Position numbers and translations under genes: made by a program. A stretch of 35,529 nt of DNA from Candidatus Caldarchaeales archaeon (GTDB lineage: Archaea > Thermoproteota > Nitrososphaeria_A > Caldarchaeales > Wolframiiraptoraceae), in assembly GCA_039630055.1 (NCBI GenBank), contig JBCNVN010000013.1, positions 1-35,529 on the forward strand, in the 5' to 3' direction. Of the stretch, positions 20,854 to 30,044 are shown piece by piece (position 1 is the stretch's first letter; each line of letters opens with the position of its first letter). The notes beneath the pieces were generated by a model that was given only the letters and a program-made list of their open reading frames with translations, was not told the origin of the DNA and did not search any database.

Positions 20854-21080
20854 CTCAGAAACCTAGATTTAGAATATTATGATACTATTTAACTACTATT
20901 ACACTATTTTACATACAGAAAGTAGGTAGAGGCGTTATCGTGATAACTATTATCGTAGATGTCTATAGTTACTCTTTTTACACTCTGATGATAGGTTTAA
21001 ACTAGGGTTTCTGAGATCACTCCCTCCTATTCACTAGCGAACCTTTCCATGACCCCCCATCCAAGTAAATGTCTAAATCC

Positions 21081-21323
21081 TTATTCGCTCTCACCTGGGA
21101 TAAGCTGAATATACATTATATTGTTTCCTCTTATCAGTATTCTAGGGTAGATTGCCCTTTTACTATTATCTTGATATTCTACTGCTTTCTCTATAACGAG
21201 ATTCATGTAGCTATCGCAATCTACAACCGTCCCCTCATAAATTAAATCATTCTTTAATGTTACCTTAATGCTCCTATTAAGATATTTTGTGATTAGTAGT
21301 AAGGGTTTCTTGCCCGTCTCCAT
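21081..21323 (-). CDS. Sm-like archaeal protein (SmAP/LSm)
   Basis: Sm1 motif (IKVTLKN..YEGTVVDCDSYMNLVI) and Sm2 motif (ILIRGNNI). Start placed at ATG 21323. Confidence 0.93.
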   Translation of the reverse strand: METGKKPLLLITKYLNRSIKVTLKNDLIYEGTVVDCDSYMNLVIEKAVEYQDNSKRAIYPRILIRGNNIMYIQLIPGESE

Positions 21324-21511
21324 AGAAGACACCGCATTCTTCAAAAATTCTTCTCTATTCTATACATATCACATAGCTTTAAACATTTCGTTTGAAAAAT
21401 CTAGGATAACAATCATATTATCGATTAAAGTTTTACTTATGATAGGTTAAGAGTTCTCCTCAATTCATGTCATTGATAAAATTGGAAAAATTCATTATCT
21501 ACTGAAATATT

Positions 21512-22219
21512 CTATCTTAAGTTCAAGATATCTTGAAGTTTTGGAGGAATACGGATCTCAGAAAAACATATTCCACAGACGAATAGGTCTCCCGAGATCT
21601 GCTGGCTTAATTTTAGAGGTGCATTACATACAGGGCAAGACCTACTGGGAGCCTCCGGGCTAAACATCCTCTTACCACATGCTTCACACTTCTCTGTACC
21701 GACTGGGTTAAGCTTTCCACAATGGGGACAAACCATATCGGATGCTTTAGAAACTATCTCGATAGTAGGCTCTTTCTCTATAGCTTTCTCTATAGCTTTC
21801 TCAACCGGAGGCTTCGCACCAGTCTCAATAATCTCTTCTATCTCTTTCTCTATCTCTTCTACAACACTCCCTTTACTAGCCCCCATCGGTCTATCTACTC
21901 TTTCTGGAACAGGCCTCGAGACCTCCCTTACGAGTGCAGGCCTCCTAATTACCGATGCAGAAGCAGTATAAGGGTAACTTCCAGAGGTAATTGTTATGCC
22001 AGTTCTGACGGCTCTCATATATATGAGTATCCCGATACCACTAATCACTGCACCAATTATTATTGAGTAGAGTAAGTATGAGAAGCCCATGTAAACTGTA
22101 TCTAATAAAATTCTAAAAGGATGATCTAGAGGTATAGATACATAATATATTACAATACCCAATATTAGTGCTGCACCTAATAGACTTAAGATCATGCCAA
22201 CTATCATTAATGGTGTCAT
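21512..22219 (-). CDS. Membrane protein with C-terminal double zinc-ribbon domains
   Basis: Two N-terminal TM helices, a Pro/Glu-rich linker and four CxxC pairs (CPHC, CEAC, CPVC, CGIC). ATGA overlap with rio2. Confidence 0.8.
   Translation of the reverse strand: MTPLMIVGMILSLLGAALILGIVIYYVSIPLDHPFRILLDTVYMGFSYLLYSIIIGAVISGIGILIYMRAVRTGITITSGSYPYTASASVIRRPALVREVSRPVPERVDRPMGASKGSVVEEIEKEIEEIIETGAKPPVEKAIEKAIEKEPTIEIVSKASDMVCPHCGKLNPVGTEKCEACGKRMFSPEAPSRSCPVCNAPLKLSQQISGDLFVCGICFSEIRIPPKLQDILNLR
21772..21802. repeat. 12-bp tandem repeat (about 2.6 copies) encoding EKAI-EKAI-EK
   Basis: CTTTCTCTATAG CTTTCTCTATAG CTTTCTC. Confidence 0.7.
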
Positions 22220-23151
22220 CCGCTTACACCTTTTGATAGATTCTTTTCCTCGGCCATATTAAAAGTTTCTCTCAGTATATGATTGATAAAATCAAGATAT
22301 TCTCTCTGTATTGTCATTATATTCCATCTTCGCTTAAAATATTTTAACAGATTTATTATATCTCTTTTTAAGTAGAATCTCGCCATTGGATGATCTCTTC
22401 TCACCCATTGTGGCCAGTCGATGAGAATAATCTCTTCAGATGGTGTAACCAGAATATTATAAATGCTTAGATCACTATGAACCACATCTGCATTATAGGC
22501 TTTGATAATATTATCGATAATCTTAGATAGTATTTTGCTTGGATCTCTGATAAACTTAGCTGAAGAGATCTCAACTCCCCTAAATATTTTCGTAACTATT
22601 ACATGCTTCTCTCTAGCTACAGGCTCAGGTGTGGCCACACCTTTAGGATAGAGAATCTTAAGTGCTTGGAACTCTCTCCTAGCCGCCTCTATCGATGCAT
22701 ATAGATTTGAATGGATTAGAGATAGGGTAGGCCTCTTCTTCTCATATCCTCTAAAACTCGTCCGACCTATCCTAAAAAACTTGATGGCGAGAGCTTCTCC
22801 ACTCGGTGAGAGAGCTTCATACACATCTGCCTCTTTTCCTACTCCTAGTGATTTTCCGATACTCTCTATTAAGTTCTTCTTCACCAAATTGTTTAAAGCG
22901 AGAAGATCCAATCCATTATAGTTTAGGAGATATCCTTTCGCTCTTCCCAGTGGAGACCAGATAAGCTTGTATAGATTAAGCTTTCTTACCAGTTTCTCGA
23001 CACTCGACTTATCGAGACTAGACTGGTTGATGATTACTTCTTGAGGTACAACTTCATATCTCTTCAGATTTTTTACAATCGTATTCAAGATCTTGAAATG
23101 GTCATCGTCAAGATCTCTGAAGACGGTTTTAATAAGATGATGTAAAGACAT
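22216..23151 (-). CDS. rio2: RIO2 serine/threonine kinase
   Basis: N-terminal wHTH (GYLLNYNGLDLLAL), GVGKEADVY, KFFRIGRTSF, HSDLSIYN, IDWPQ. Confidence 0.92.
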   Translation of the reverse strand: MSLHHLIKTVFRDLDDDHFKILNTIVKNLKRYEVVPQEVIINQSSLDKSSVEKLVRKLNLYKLIWSPLGRAKGYLLNYNGLDLLALNNLVKKNLIESIGKSLGVGKEADVYEALSPSGEALAIKFFRIGRTSFRGYEKKRPTLSLIHSNLYASIEAARREFQALKILYPKGVATPEPVAREKHVIVTKIFRGVEISSAKFIRDPSKILSKIIDNIIKAYNADVVHSDLSIYNILVTPSEEIILIDWPQWVRRDHPMARFYLKRDIINLLKYFKRRWNIMTIQREYLDFINHILRETFNMAEEKNLSKGVSG

Positions 23152-26100
23152 CTATATCTTCTTCACACCTATCCTTATATTATCTCCTTCAATCTCCCAG
23201 TCTTTAGCATATCCCTGAACTTCTTCACGAATCTTAATCTCTAAAGATGAGCATCTCGTCTCCTCTTTTATATATTCTTTTAAAGTGTTTAAGTGTTCAC
23301 TCCAGTCCTCATCTGGAACCGAGACTTCAACCATTATGTAGTCTAATACATGTAACCTCATCTCTCTTCTCATTATCTGTATCCTCCTTATGACTTCTCT
23401 CGCAAAAGATAATGCTATCAGCTCTTTAGTCTCTGTAGTATCCAGATAGATCTTAGCAAATTTGCCCTCAATTCCACGTATCTGTTCTGGAAGCTCTTCT
23501 ACAAACTCCAATTCCTCACTTTCTAGCTTTACAATGGTCCCATCATTGGTCATTATCTCGTAGAAACCGCTTGTCTCAAGTGCTTCCTTAACACGTTCAC
23601 CATCGACTATAGATATTCTCTCTACTATTTCTTTTAATTTCTTTCCATATTTCGGTCCCAGAATGCTATATACAGGTTTAACAAGATATCTGGTTGCTGG
23701 ATGTCTCTCTCCTACGTTTAGAATTTCTAGGTCATCCGTGTTAAGCTGAGTCTTAATGAATTCTTTGAGTTCTTCGAAGGCTTTCTTTGATCTAGAGGTT
23801 TTTGGAGAAAATATAAACGCTTTGACTGGAGCTCTTAATTTCTTTCCAGCTTTTTGACGAAGAGCTAAAGCCTCCGTTAATGTCTGACGAGCTATCTCCA
23901 TCATATCTTCTAGTTCATCGTTAATCCACTTTTCATCAGCTTTAGGCCATCTAAGCATGTGTACACTTATGGGATCCTCTCCAACTCTAATCTGTTGATA
24001 TAACTTCTCCGATAGGTATGGCATTATCGGTGCGATAAGCCTAACAAGTTTACTAAGAACATAGTAGAGAGTAGCATATGCACTCAGCTTATCCCAAGTC
24101 TGCTCATCAGTCCACACTCTTCTTCTAATAGAGCGTATGTAAAGCCTACTAAGATCCTCCAAGATAAATTCTCTTATAATCCTAGCTGGTGTATGCAACT
24201 CTAGTTGCTCCAGAGTTCTCGTAGCGATCCTAACCAAGTTATTTATCCTTGATAAGATCCATCTATCTTCAATCCTAAGATATCTCTCAATCTTCTCTAA
24301 TTCGATCTTGTCTGGTTGGAATCGGTCTAGCTCAAAATACATAGTTGCAAATGAAAAGACATTCCATAGTATGTTAAGCTCTTGTACAATCTGCTCAACC
24401 TCTCTTGGAACGAAGTTCAGATTATCCCAAGGCGCAGACTTAGAGACTAAATACAGTCTGAGAGGATCGGCTCCAAAAGTCTTCATAGAGTCCAACGCCC
24501 ATATAACGTTCCCCTTGCTCTTTGACATCTTCTTTCCTTCCGCATCCATTACGTGACCTTGGTTTAAAACTGATTTGTAAGGTGCTTTTCCATAAAGTAG
24601 GCAGGAAGTAAATATTAATGTGTAAAACCATCCTCTAGTTTGGTCGATCGCTTCTGTTATGAAGTCATAGGGGAACAATCTCCTAAATAGTTCTCGATTG
24701 GATAGAGCATCTATACTTGCCGTATGGGCCATCCCAGAATCAAGCCAAGTATCCATTACGAATACTTCTCTCTTCATTAATTCACCACATCTGGAACACT
24801 TGAACATTATCTGGTCAACCCAAGGTCTGAGAAGCCTTATCTTCTCTGGTTTAACTTCTGCTTGTAATAGTTCTTCTCTACTTCCAATCACCTTCTTCTC
24901 TCCACATCTGCTACATGTCCAGATGGGCAGAGGAGTTCCCCAGATCTTTGTCCTACTAATACACCAATCTTCAGCATTCTCAAGCCAATCCCCGAATCTA
25001 TGGTGACCTGCCCATGGAGGCTTCCAATTAACCTTCTTGTTTTCTTCAATCATCATCTTCTTTATCCTATCTATTTTTATGAACCATTGACGGCTTGAGA
25101 GATATATGAGAGGTGAACCACATCTCCAACAATGAGGATAGTTGTGGACTATCTTACCCTTCCACAATAGTAGACCTTTATCTTCTAGATATTCTATGAT
25201 CTTCTTTCCCGCCTCGCTATATACTAGTCCAGAATATTCTCCTCCATCTAACGTAAAGTATCCAGTGGTAGATACCGGATTGAATATTGGAAGTCCAAGC
25301 TTTACACCGACCTCGAAGTCTTCTGGACCATGTGCTGGAGCGGTATGAACGCATCCTGTGCCTTCCTCCATAGTCACGAAGTCTGCTAAGATAACTGTAT
25401 GTGCTGGAGGATTATGTTCTCTATGTTTAGGTATCTTCTCAATCAATGGATGAATATACTTTAGACCGGCGAGAGCTGAACCTTTAAAACGTTCTACTAT
25501 CTCTAAATCTCTTATCCCCAATTCTTCTAGGAATCTATCTAAAAGTTTCTCGGCTAGTATCCAAAACTCATCTCTTACTCTTATCTTGAGATAATATTCA
25601 TCTGGATGTACAGCTACTGCTTCATTTCCAGCAAGCGTCCATGGAGTTGTAGTCCATATCACTATGTATATGTTCGAGGAGCCTTCCAGATTGAACTTAA
25701 CATAGATTGATGGATCCTCGACCTCCTCGTATCCCTGAGCTACTTCATGACTGCTTAGAGGAGTCTCACACCGTGGACAATAAGGTACAACTTTAAAACT
25801 CTCAACCAGATCTCCCTTTTCATATGCTTGCTTTATGAACCACCATACATGCTCTATGTATCTCTCTCTCCTAGTTTCATAGGCATTGTCATAATCTAGC
25901 CAGAGCCCAAGTCTCTCCGAGGCCTCTCTCCAATGTCTTATGTAATAATCCACCAGCTTCTCTGCCTCATTAATAAATCTCTCTAGCCCATATAACTCTA
26001 CATCCCTCTTCGATGTAAATCCGAGCTTCTTCTCAACCTCTAACTCTGTCGGCAGTCCAAGACAATCCCATCCACCTCTTCTCCAAACATCTAAACCCTT

Positions 26101-26316
26101 CATTGTGTGAAATCTGAGGACTATGTCTTTGTAGACCCTACCTCTCGCATGACCGACATGCATATATCCATTAGCTGTTGGGGGCCCTTCAAGGAATGCG
26201 AATATAGGTGCTCCACGATTCATATTGAAGACTTTCTCTATTATATTGTTCTCTTTCCACCATCTAGAGATCTCTTCTTCTACTTCGATCGGATTATACC
26301 TGTCTGCTAGAACCAT
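23152..26316 (-). CDS. ileS: Isoleucine--tRNA ligase
   Basis: EGPPTANG, HVGH, WTTTPWTL, GTGCVHTAPAHG, DQTRGWF, KMSKS. Confidence 0.97.
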   Translation of the reverse strand: MVLADRYNPIEVEEEISRWWKENNIIEKVFNMNRGAPIFAFLEGPPTANGYMHVGHARGRVYKDIVLRFHTMKGLDVWRRGGWDCLGLPTELEVEKKLGFTSKRDVELYGLERFINEAEKLVDYYIRHWREASERLGLWLDYDNAYETRRERYIEHVWWFIKQAYEKGDLVESFKVVPYCPRCETPLSSHEVAQGYEEVEDPSIYVKFNLEGSSNIYIVIWTTTPWTLAGNEAVAVHPDEYYLKIRVRDEFWILAEKLLDRFLEELGIRDLEIVERFKGSALAGLKYIHPLIEKIPKHREHNPPAHTVILADFVTMEEGTGCVHTAPAHGPEDFEVGVKLGLPIFNPVSTTGYFTLDGGEYSGLVYSEAGKKIIEYLEDKGLLLWKGKIVHNYPHCWRCGSPLIYLSSRQWFIKIDRIKKMMIEENKKVNWKPPWAGHHRFGDWLENAEDWCISRTKIWGTPLPIWTCSRCGEKKVIGSREELLQAEVKPEKIRLLRPWVDQIMFKCSRCGELMKREVFVMDTWLDSGMAHTASIDALSNRELFRRLFPYDFITEAIDQTRGWFYTLIFTSCLLYGKAPYKSVLNQGHVMDAEGKKMSKSKGNVIWALDSMKTFGADPLRLYLVSKSAPWDNLNFVPREVEQIVQELNILWNVFSFATMYFELDRFQPDKIELEKIERYLRIEDRWILSRINNLVRIATRTLEQLELHTPARIIREFILEDLSRLYIRSIRRRVWTDEQTWDKLSAYATLYYVLSKLVRLIAPIMPYLSEKLYQQIRVGEDPISVHMLRWPKADEKWINDELEDMMEIARQTLTEALALRQKAGKKLRAPVKAFIFSPKTSRSKKAFEELKEFIKTQLNTDDLEILNVGERHPATRYLVKPVYSILGPKYGKKLKEIVERISIVDGERVKEALETSGFYEIMTNDGTIVKLESEELEFVEELPEQIRGIEGKFAKIYLDTTETKELIALSFAREVIRRIQIMRREMRLHVLDYIMVEVSVPDEDWSEHLNTLKEYIKEETRCSSLEIKIREEVQGYAKDWEIEGDNIRIGVKKI

Positions 26317-26506
26317 GCCTCATATTCACCTTAAAATGATTATCTAACTTAAATATTTCTTCACGATCATTTCTGTAACCATAGGTTAGCGAATTTGGCG
26401 GGACATCATCCACATCTACCTAAAATCTTAGAAGAATTTAAACCTTCAACTTTGTCGAATTTACTAATATTAGAATATGGTAGATAGCATAGACTTCTAA
26501 TGAGGT

Positions 26507-27310
26507 TTACAATATTGCTTCATCCAGATATCTACCACATTGACAGCCTCTCTCTTCAGGGATCTTTGGGATGGCTCTCTCTAATAATCTTCTAACCTTC
26601 TCAACATTCTCCTTCATAGTCCGTACAACTTCTTCTGCACTAACAGGTTTCTCAGCCCACACATCATAGTCTGTTACCATCGCGATAGTTAGATAGCACA
26701 TCCTAGCTTCTCTAGCAAGATTTACTTCAGGCACCAGAGTCATACCGATTATATGTGCACCCCAGCTCCTATAGAGTCTTGACTCAGCTCTGGTTGAGAA
26801 TCTTGGACCTTGAATGCAGACATAGACTCCGCCTCTATGAATTGGTAAGTTTAGAGATATTGCAACATCGTATATAATATCTGTTAGCTCTGGACAGAAT
26901 GGGTCGGCCATACTTATATGAGCTACTTTTCCTCCATCATAGAATGTTCCAGGTCTCCCCCAAGTTCTATCGATGTACTGGTCTGGGAGAACAAGTTCTC
27001 CAGGCTTGTAATCTTCATGTAAACTTCCCACAGCGCTTGGTGCAAGAACCCTCTCTACCCCCGATTCTTTTAAAGCCCATATATTCGCTCTATAATTTAT
27101 AGAGTGGGGAGGCATTGTATGACCCTCTCCATGTCTTGGAAGGAATGCTATAAGTCTGCCCATGTAATCTCCAATGGTTATGTGCGCGCTTGGTGAACCA
27201 TAAGGTGTATAAACCTTGGTCTTTACAGCGTCTTTTAGAAGACCGGGATCATATATTCCTGAACCACCTATCAATCCTATCTTACATTTCCCAACCTCGA
27301 CCATAACCAT
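26507..27310 (-). CDS. mtnP: S-methyl-5'-thioadenosine phosphorylase
   Basis: IGGSG, RHGEGH, NYRANIWAL, GPRFSTRAES, GMT..PE, VTDYD, C-terminal CQC. Confidence 0.95.
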   Translation of the reverse strand: MVMVEVGKCKIGLIGGSGIYDPGLLKDAVKTKVYTPYGSPSAHITIGDYMGRLIAFLPRHGEGHTMPPHSINYRANIWALKESGVERVLAPSAVGSLHEDYKPGELVLPDQYIDRTWGRPGTFYDGGKVAHISMADPFCPELTDIIYDVAISLNLPIHRGGVYVCIQGPRFSTRAESRLYRSWGAHIIGMTLVPEVNLAREARMCYLTIAMVTDYDVWAEKPVSAEEVVRTMKENVEKVRRLLERAIPKIPEERGCQCGRYLDEAIL

Positions 27311-27359
27311 CTTAAAATTATTGGGATAATGCTTTAAGATAAATATTATAAACCATCAT

Positions 27360-28145
27360 CTATATTAGATTGATTGCTTCTTTAAAAGAGACTTTCTTGA
27401 AACCTTTTATCTCTTCTCCATTTGAAGTAGCATTGTAAAGCTTCTTACTTGTTCTCGATGAGTAAAGTTCTAGAAGATTCTTACCTATAGAGAGCTTCCG
27501 CTTCTTAACCTCAATCCAGATGGGATCATCCCTCAAATCTTTTTTAGAATATAAACCGATCTCTTCTCCAAAATCCATACCTCCAAGAAAGATCTTCTCA
27601 AAACCAAGTGCATCAGATAAGAATACCGCTCTATCACCATCTGTAAATCCTCCAAAGTTATATAGATATCCATGAGGTTTACATTGTGTCGTCCCAAGTA
27701 TTCTACCATGAAGTCGCGGTACGAGGCTGCTAATCTTCTCAATATTGTCTCCATGCGCATGTACTACGGTGGCTAGACATCTTCTCGAAGAATCTATCAA
27801 TTCTTCATCTCCACCATCTAGATCTGTTACAAGAATATCTATCCTCAATCCTCTTTCCAAGAATGCTCTACAAGCACCATCTGCGACGATAATGATGACT
27901 TTATCACTTATACCCGAATCAATGAATTCTTTTATATCTATAGATAGTGATGGCCCTGCACCGAAGACCACGGATGTATCTTTTCCACCTATCCTATCTT
28001 TTAGTTCTACTAAAGTTAAGGATCTGCCAGATATAATCTCATTCAGTATCTCCGCTGATCTAATATCCTCTTCGACTGAATAGTTCATCTCCTTAACGAT
28101 CTTGAGATATATAGGTTCCCAATCTTCCCATCTCATAAAATACAC
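27360..28145 (-). CDS. mptE: 6-hydroxymethyl-7,8-dihydropterin pyrophosphokinase (MptE)
   Basis: GAGPSL, ADGA, VTDLDG, HAHGDN, GTTQ, FGGFTDGDRA, GMDF. Confidence 0.9.
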   Translation of the reverse strand: MYFMRWEDWEPIYLKIVKEMNYSVEEDIRSAEILNEIISGRSLTLVELKDRIGGKDTSVVFGAGPSLSIDIKEFIDSGISDKVIIIVADGACRAFLERGLRIDILVTDLDGGDEELIDSSRRCLATVVHAHGDNIEKISSLVPRLHGRILGTTQCKPHGYLYNFGGFTDGDRAVFLSDALGFEKIFLGGMDFGEEIGLYSKKDLRDDPIWIEVKKRKLSIGKNLLELYSSRTSKKLYNATSNGEEIKGFKKVSFKEAINLI

Positions 28146-29018
28146 CTATGAGATTAGAAGTCTCTTCACATCACCAATTCTCGATTTAACATGTGCTGCA
28201 ATATCCTGGGAATGAAGACTCTCTTTACTCTCTACGTATACATAGATCCTTGAACCGTCGGGTAATCCTTCCCATTTATTGATAATCTTTCTAACAATCT
28301 CTCTTAAGGTATCTTCCACAAATTTGCATGATGCTAGTGCATCAACGATCACCTGGGCTTCATCAAGTCTCTTTAAGTAGGAGTATAATGGAGAGCTAAA
28401 AGATGACTTAACTATCTCTAGTAGATCGATTATATCTACTTTCATGTTGTCTGGTATTTGGAGGAGGACTCTAGCTTTGCTTCTCTGCATATGGGTTGTA
28501 TCCATGCCTGGAAATGAGAACTTTACCACTTCTCTTGCACATGGACAAGCTGTTAAGCCCTCGACCTCTACACCTATATATCTTTCTATTTTTAAACCCC
28601 TATAAGCCCTCACTTTTACATATATCTTAAACTGCTCATATGAGATAGATTTTGTAATGGGTGATGCCGTCTTATAGTAGGCTGGAGACTCTATATAGAC
28701 GTACACTTTACTAGAGTATGGATGAACCTCTAATAATCGTTTGGCAACTCTCTCACCTATTTCTTCAAGCTCTATCTTCTCTCCAGAATGCTCTTCAACC
28801 ATCTCTGAGATAACACCATAGATTCTTGAAGTATGGACTCCACGCTTATCGCTAGGTAAATCTACGAAGATGTGAAATTTTGGCATAAGAATTATCTCTA
28901 AACCATTTAAGAAGATCCTACCAGTAGGGATTCTAATATTCTTAAACCCTACTCTATCTATTGGTATAGGTATATAAGGCTCCTGGTCTTGAATATTGGG
29001 TACTTCACCCATCAGCAT
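28146..29018 (-). CDS. mptA: GTP cyclohydrolase, FolE2/MptA family
   Basis: IDRVG, RGVHTSR, TACPCA, THMQRS, LKRLDE, FVED, ESLH. Confidence 0.85.
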   Translation of the reverse strand: MLMGEVPNIQDQEPYIPIPIDRVGFKNIRIPTGRIFLNGLEIILMPKFHIFVDLPSDKRGVHTSRIYGVISEMVEEHSGEKIELEEIGERVAKRLLEVHPYSSKVYVYIESPAYYKTASPITKSISYEQFKIYVKVRAYRGLKIERYIGVEVEGLTACPCAREVVKFSFPGMDTTHMQRSKARVLLQIPDNMKVDIIDLLEIVKSSFSSPLYSYLKRLDEAQVIVDALASCKFVEDTLREIVRKIINKWEGLPDGSRIYVYVESKESLHSQDIAAHVKSRIGDVKRLLIS

Positions 29019-29090
29019 TTTTCTAATGAGAACCCGCTAATAAACTAACTTTAAATGGTAGATTATGGGTAATAGATTAAGCGACGTTAG

Positions 29091-30017
29091 GTGCCTCGAG
29101 TCTTGAGGATCACTGTATCGGCTGGATCTAGGATACATCTAGGATTTATCGACCCGCTGGGTCTTCTTGGACGTAGATGGGGGTCGATAGGATTATACTT
29201 AGATGAGCCGAGACTATCTATGACCGTTACAAAGTGTGAGAAAATTATCGTTAATGGTCCAGAATGGTTGAGAAAGCTCGTTGAAGAGATTACTATGAAG
29301 CTCGGAGTCAGCGGGTTGAGGGTTGAATGTCTCAATCATATACCTAGACATGTTGGTTTAGGCTCGGGTACACAAACAATTCTTTCTATAGGATCATCGA
29401 TCTCTATGATCTATGAGCTGGATCTAACCGTTGAAGAGATAGCTTTAATCTTCGATAGGTGTAAGATGTCGGGTGTAGGTTACTGGCTCTTCCAGAAGGG
29501 TGGTCTAATAATTGATGGAGGTAAATCATCTAAAGAAGAAATTCCACCTTTATTGTTTAGAGCTGATTTTCCAGAGGATTGGACGGTCCTCTTAGCCGTT
29601 CCAACAAGTGAGGGGCTTGGCCTACATGGGAGTATGGAGGAGGAAGGGCTCAAAAGGCTAAGTGCTGCAGACCCTAAAGAGACATCTTTAACAGTCTTGA
29701 TGAAGCTTCTTCCATCTATCATTAGGAAGGATTTCGAAAAATTCACGGAAGCTGTAGAAGATATCGATATAATGACATCTAGATTCTTCGAACCTGTTCA
29801 ATCTGGTAGATATTTTAAGGATTCTCAAAAAGTTGTTGAATCTATGAAGAATGCAGGGGTAAGGGGGGTTGGTCAAAGCTCGTGGGGTCCAACCATATAT
29901 GGATTTGTAGAGAGATCTATGGTTGAAGAGATTGGTAGAAGGCTTGAAAAGATAGATGGCTTTAGATTTATCTTTACAAAGGTTCGAAATATTGGTGCAG
30001 AGATCCTTCAACTATAG
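29091..30017 (+). CDS. mptG: beta-ribofuranosylaminobenzene 5'-phosphate (RFA-P) synthase-like GHMP protein
   Basis: SRIHLGFID, GSIGL, HVGLGSGTQ, GGLIIDGG, GQSSWGPT. Confidence 0.85.
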   Translation: MPRVLRITVSAGSRIHLGFIDPLGLLGRRWGSIGLYLDEPRLSMTVTKCEKIIVNGPEWLRKLVEEITMKLGVSGLRVECLNHIPRHVGLGSGTQTILSIGSSISMIYELDLTVEEIALIFDRCKMSGVGYWLFQKGGLIIDGGKSSKEEIPPLLFRADFPEDWTVLLAVPTSEGLGLHGSMEEEGLKRLSAADPKETSLTVLMKLLPSIIRKDFEKFTEAVEDIDIMTSRFFEPVQSGRYFKDSQKVVESMKNAGVRGVGQSSWGPTIYGFVERSMVEEIGRRLEKIDGFRFIFTKVRNIGAEILQL

Positions 30018-30044
30018 TTGATGGATAAGATTGTAGGATAATCT

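Noticed and set aside
26360-26412. Minus-strand ATGATGT followed by CCCGCCAAATTC, similar to the antisense of 16S GAAUUGGCGGG
   Set aside because: The boxes are degenerate, the guide has an extra base relative to the rRNA, and there is no canonical D box.
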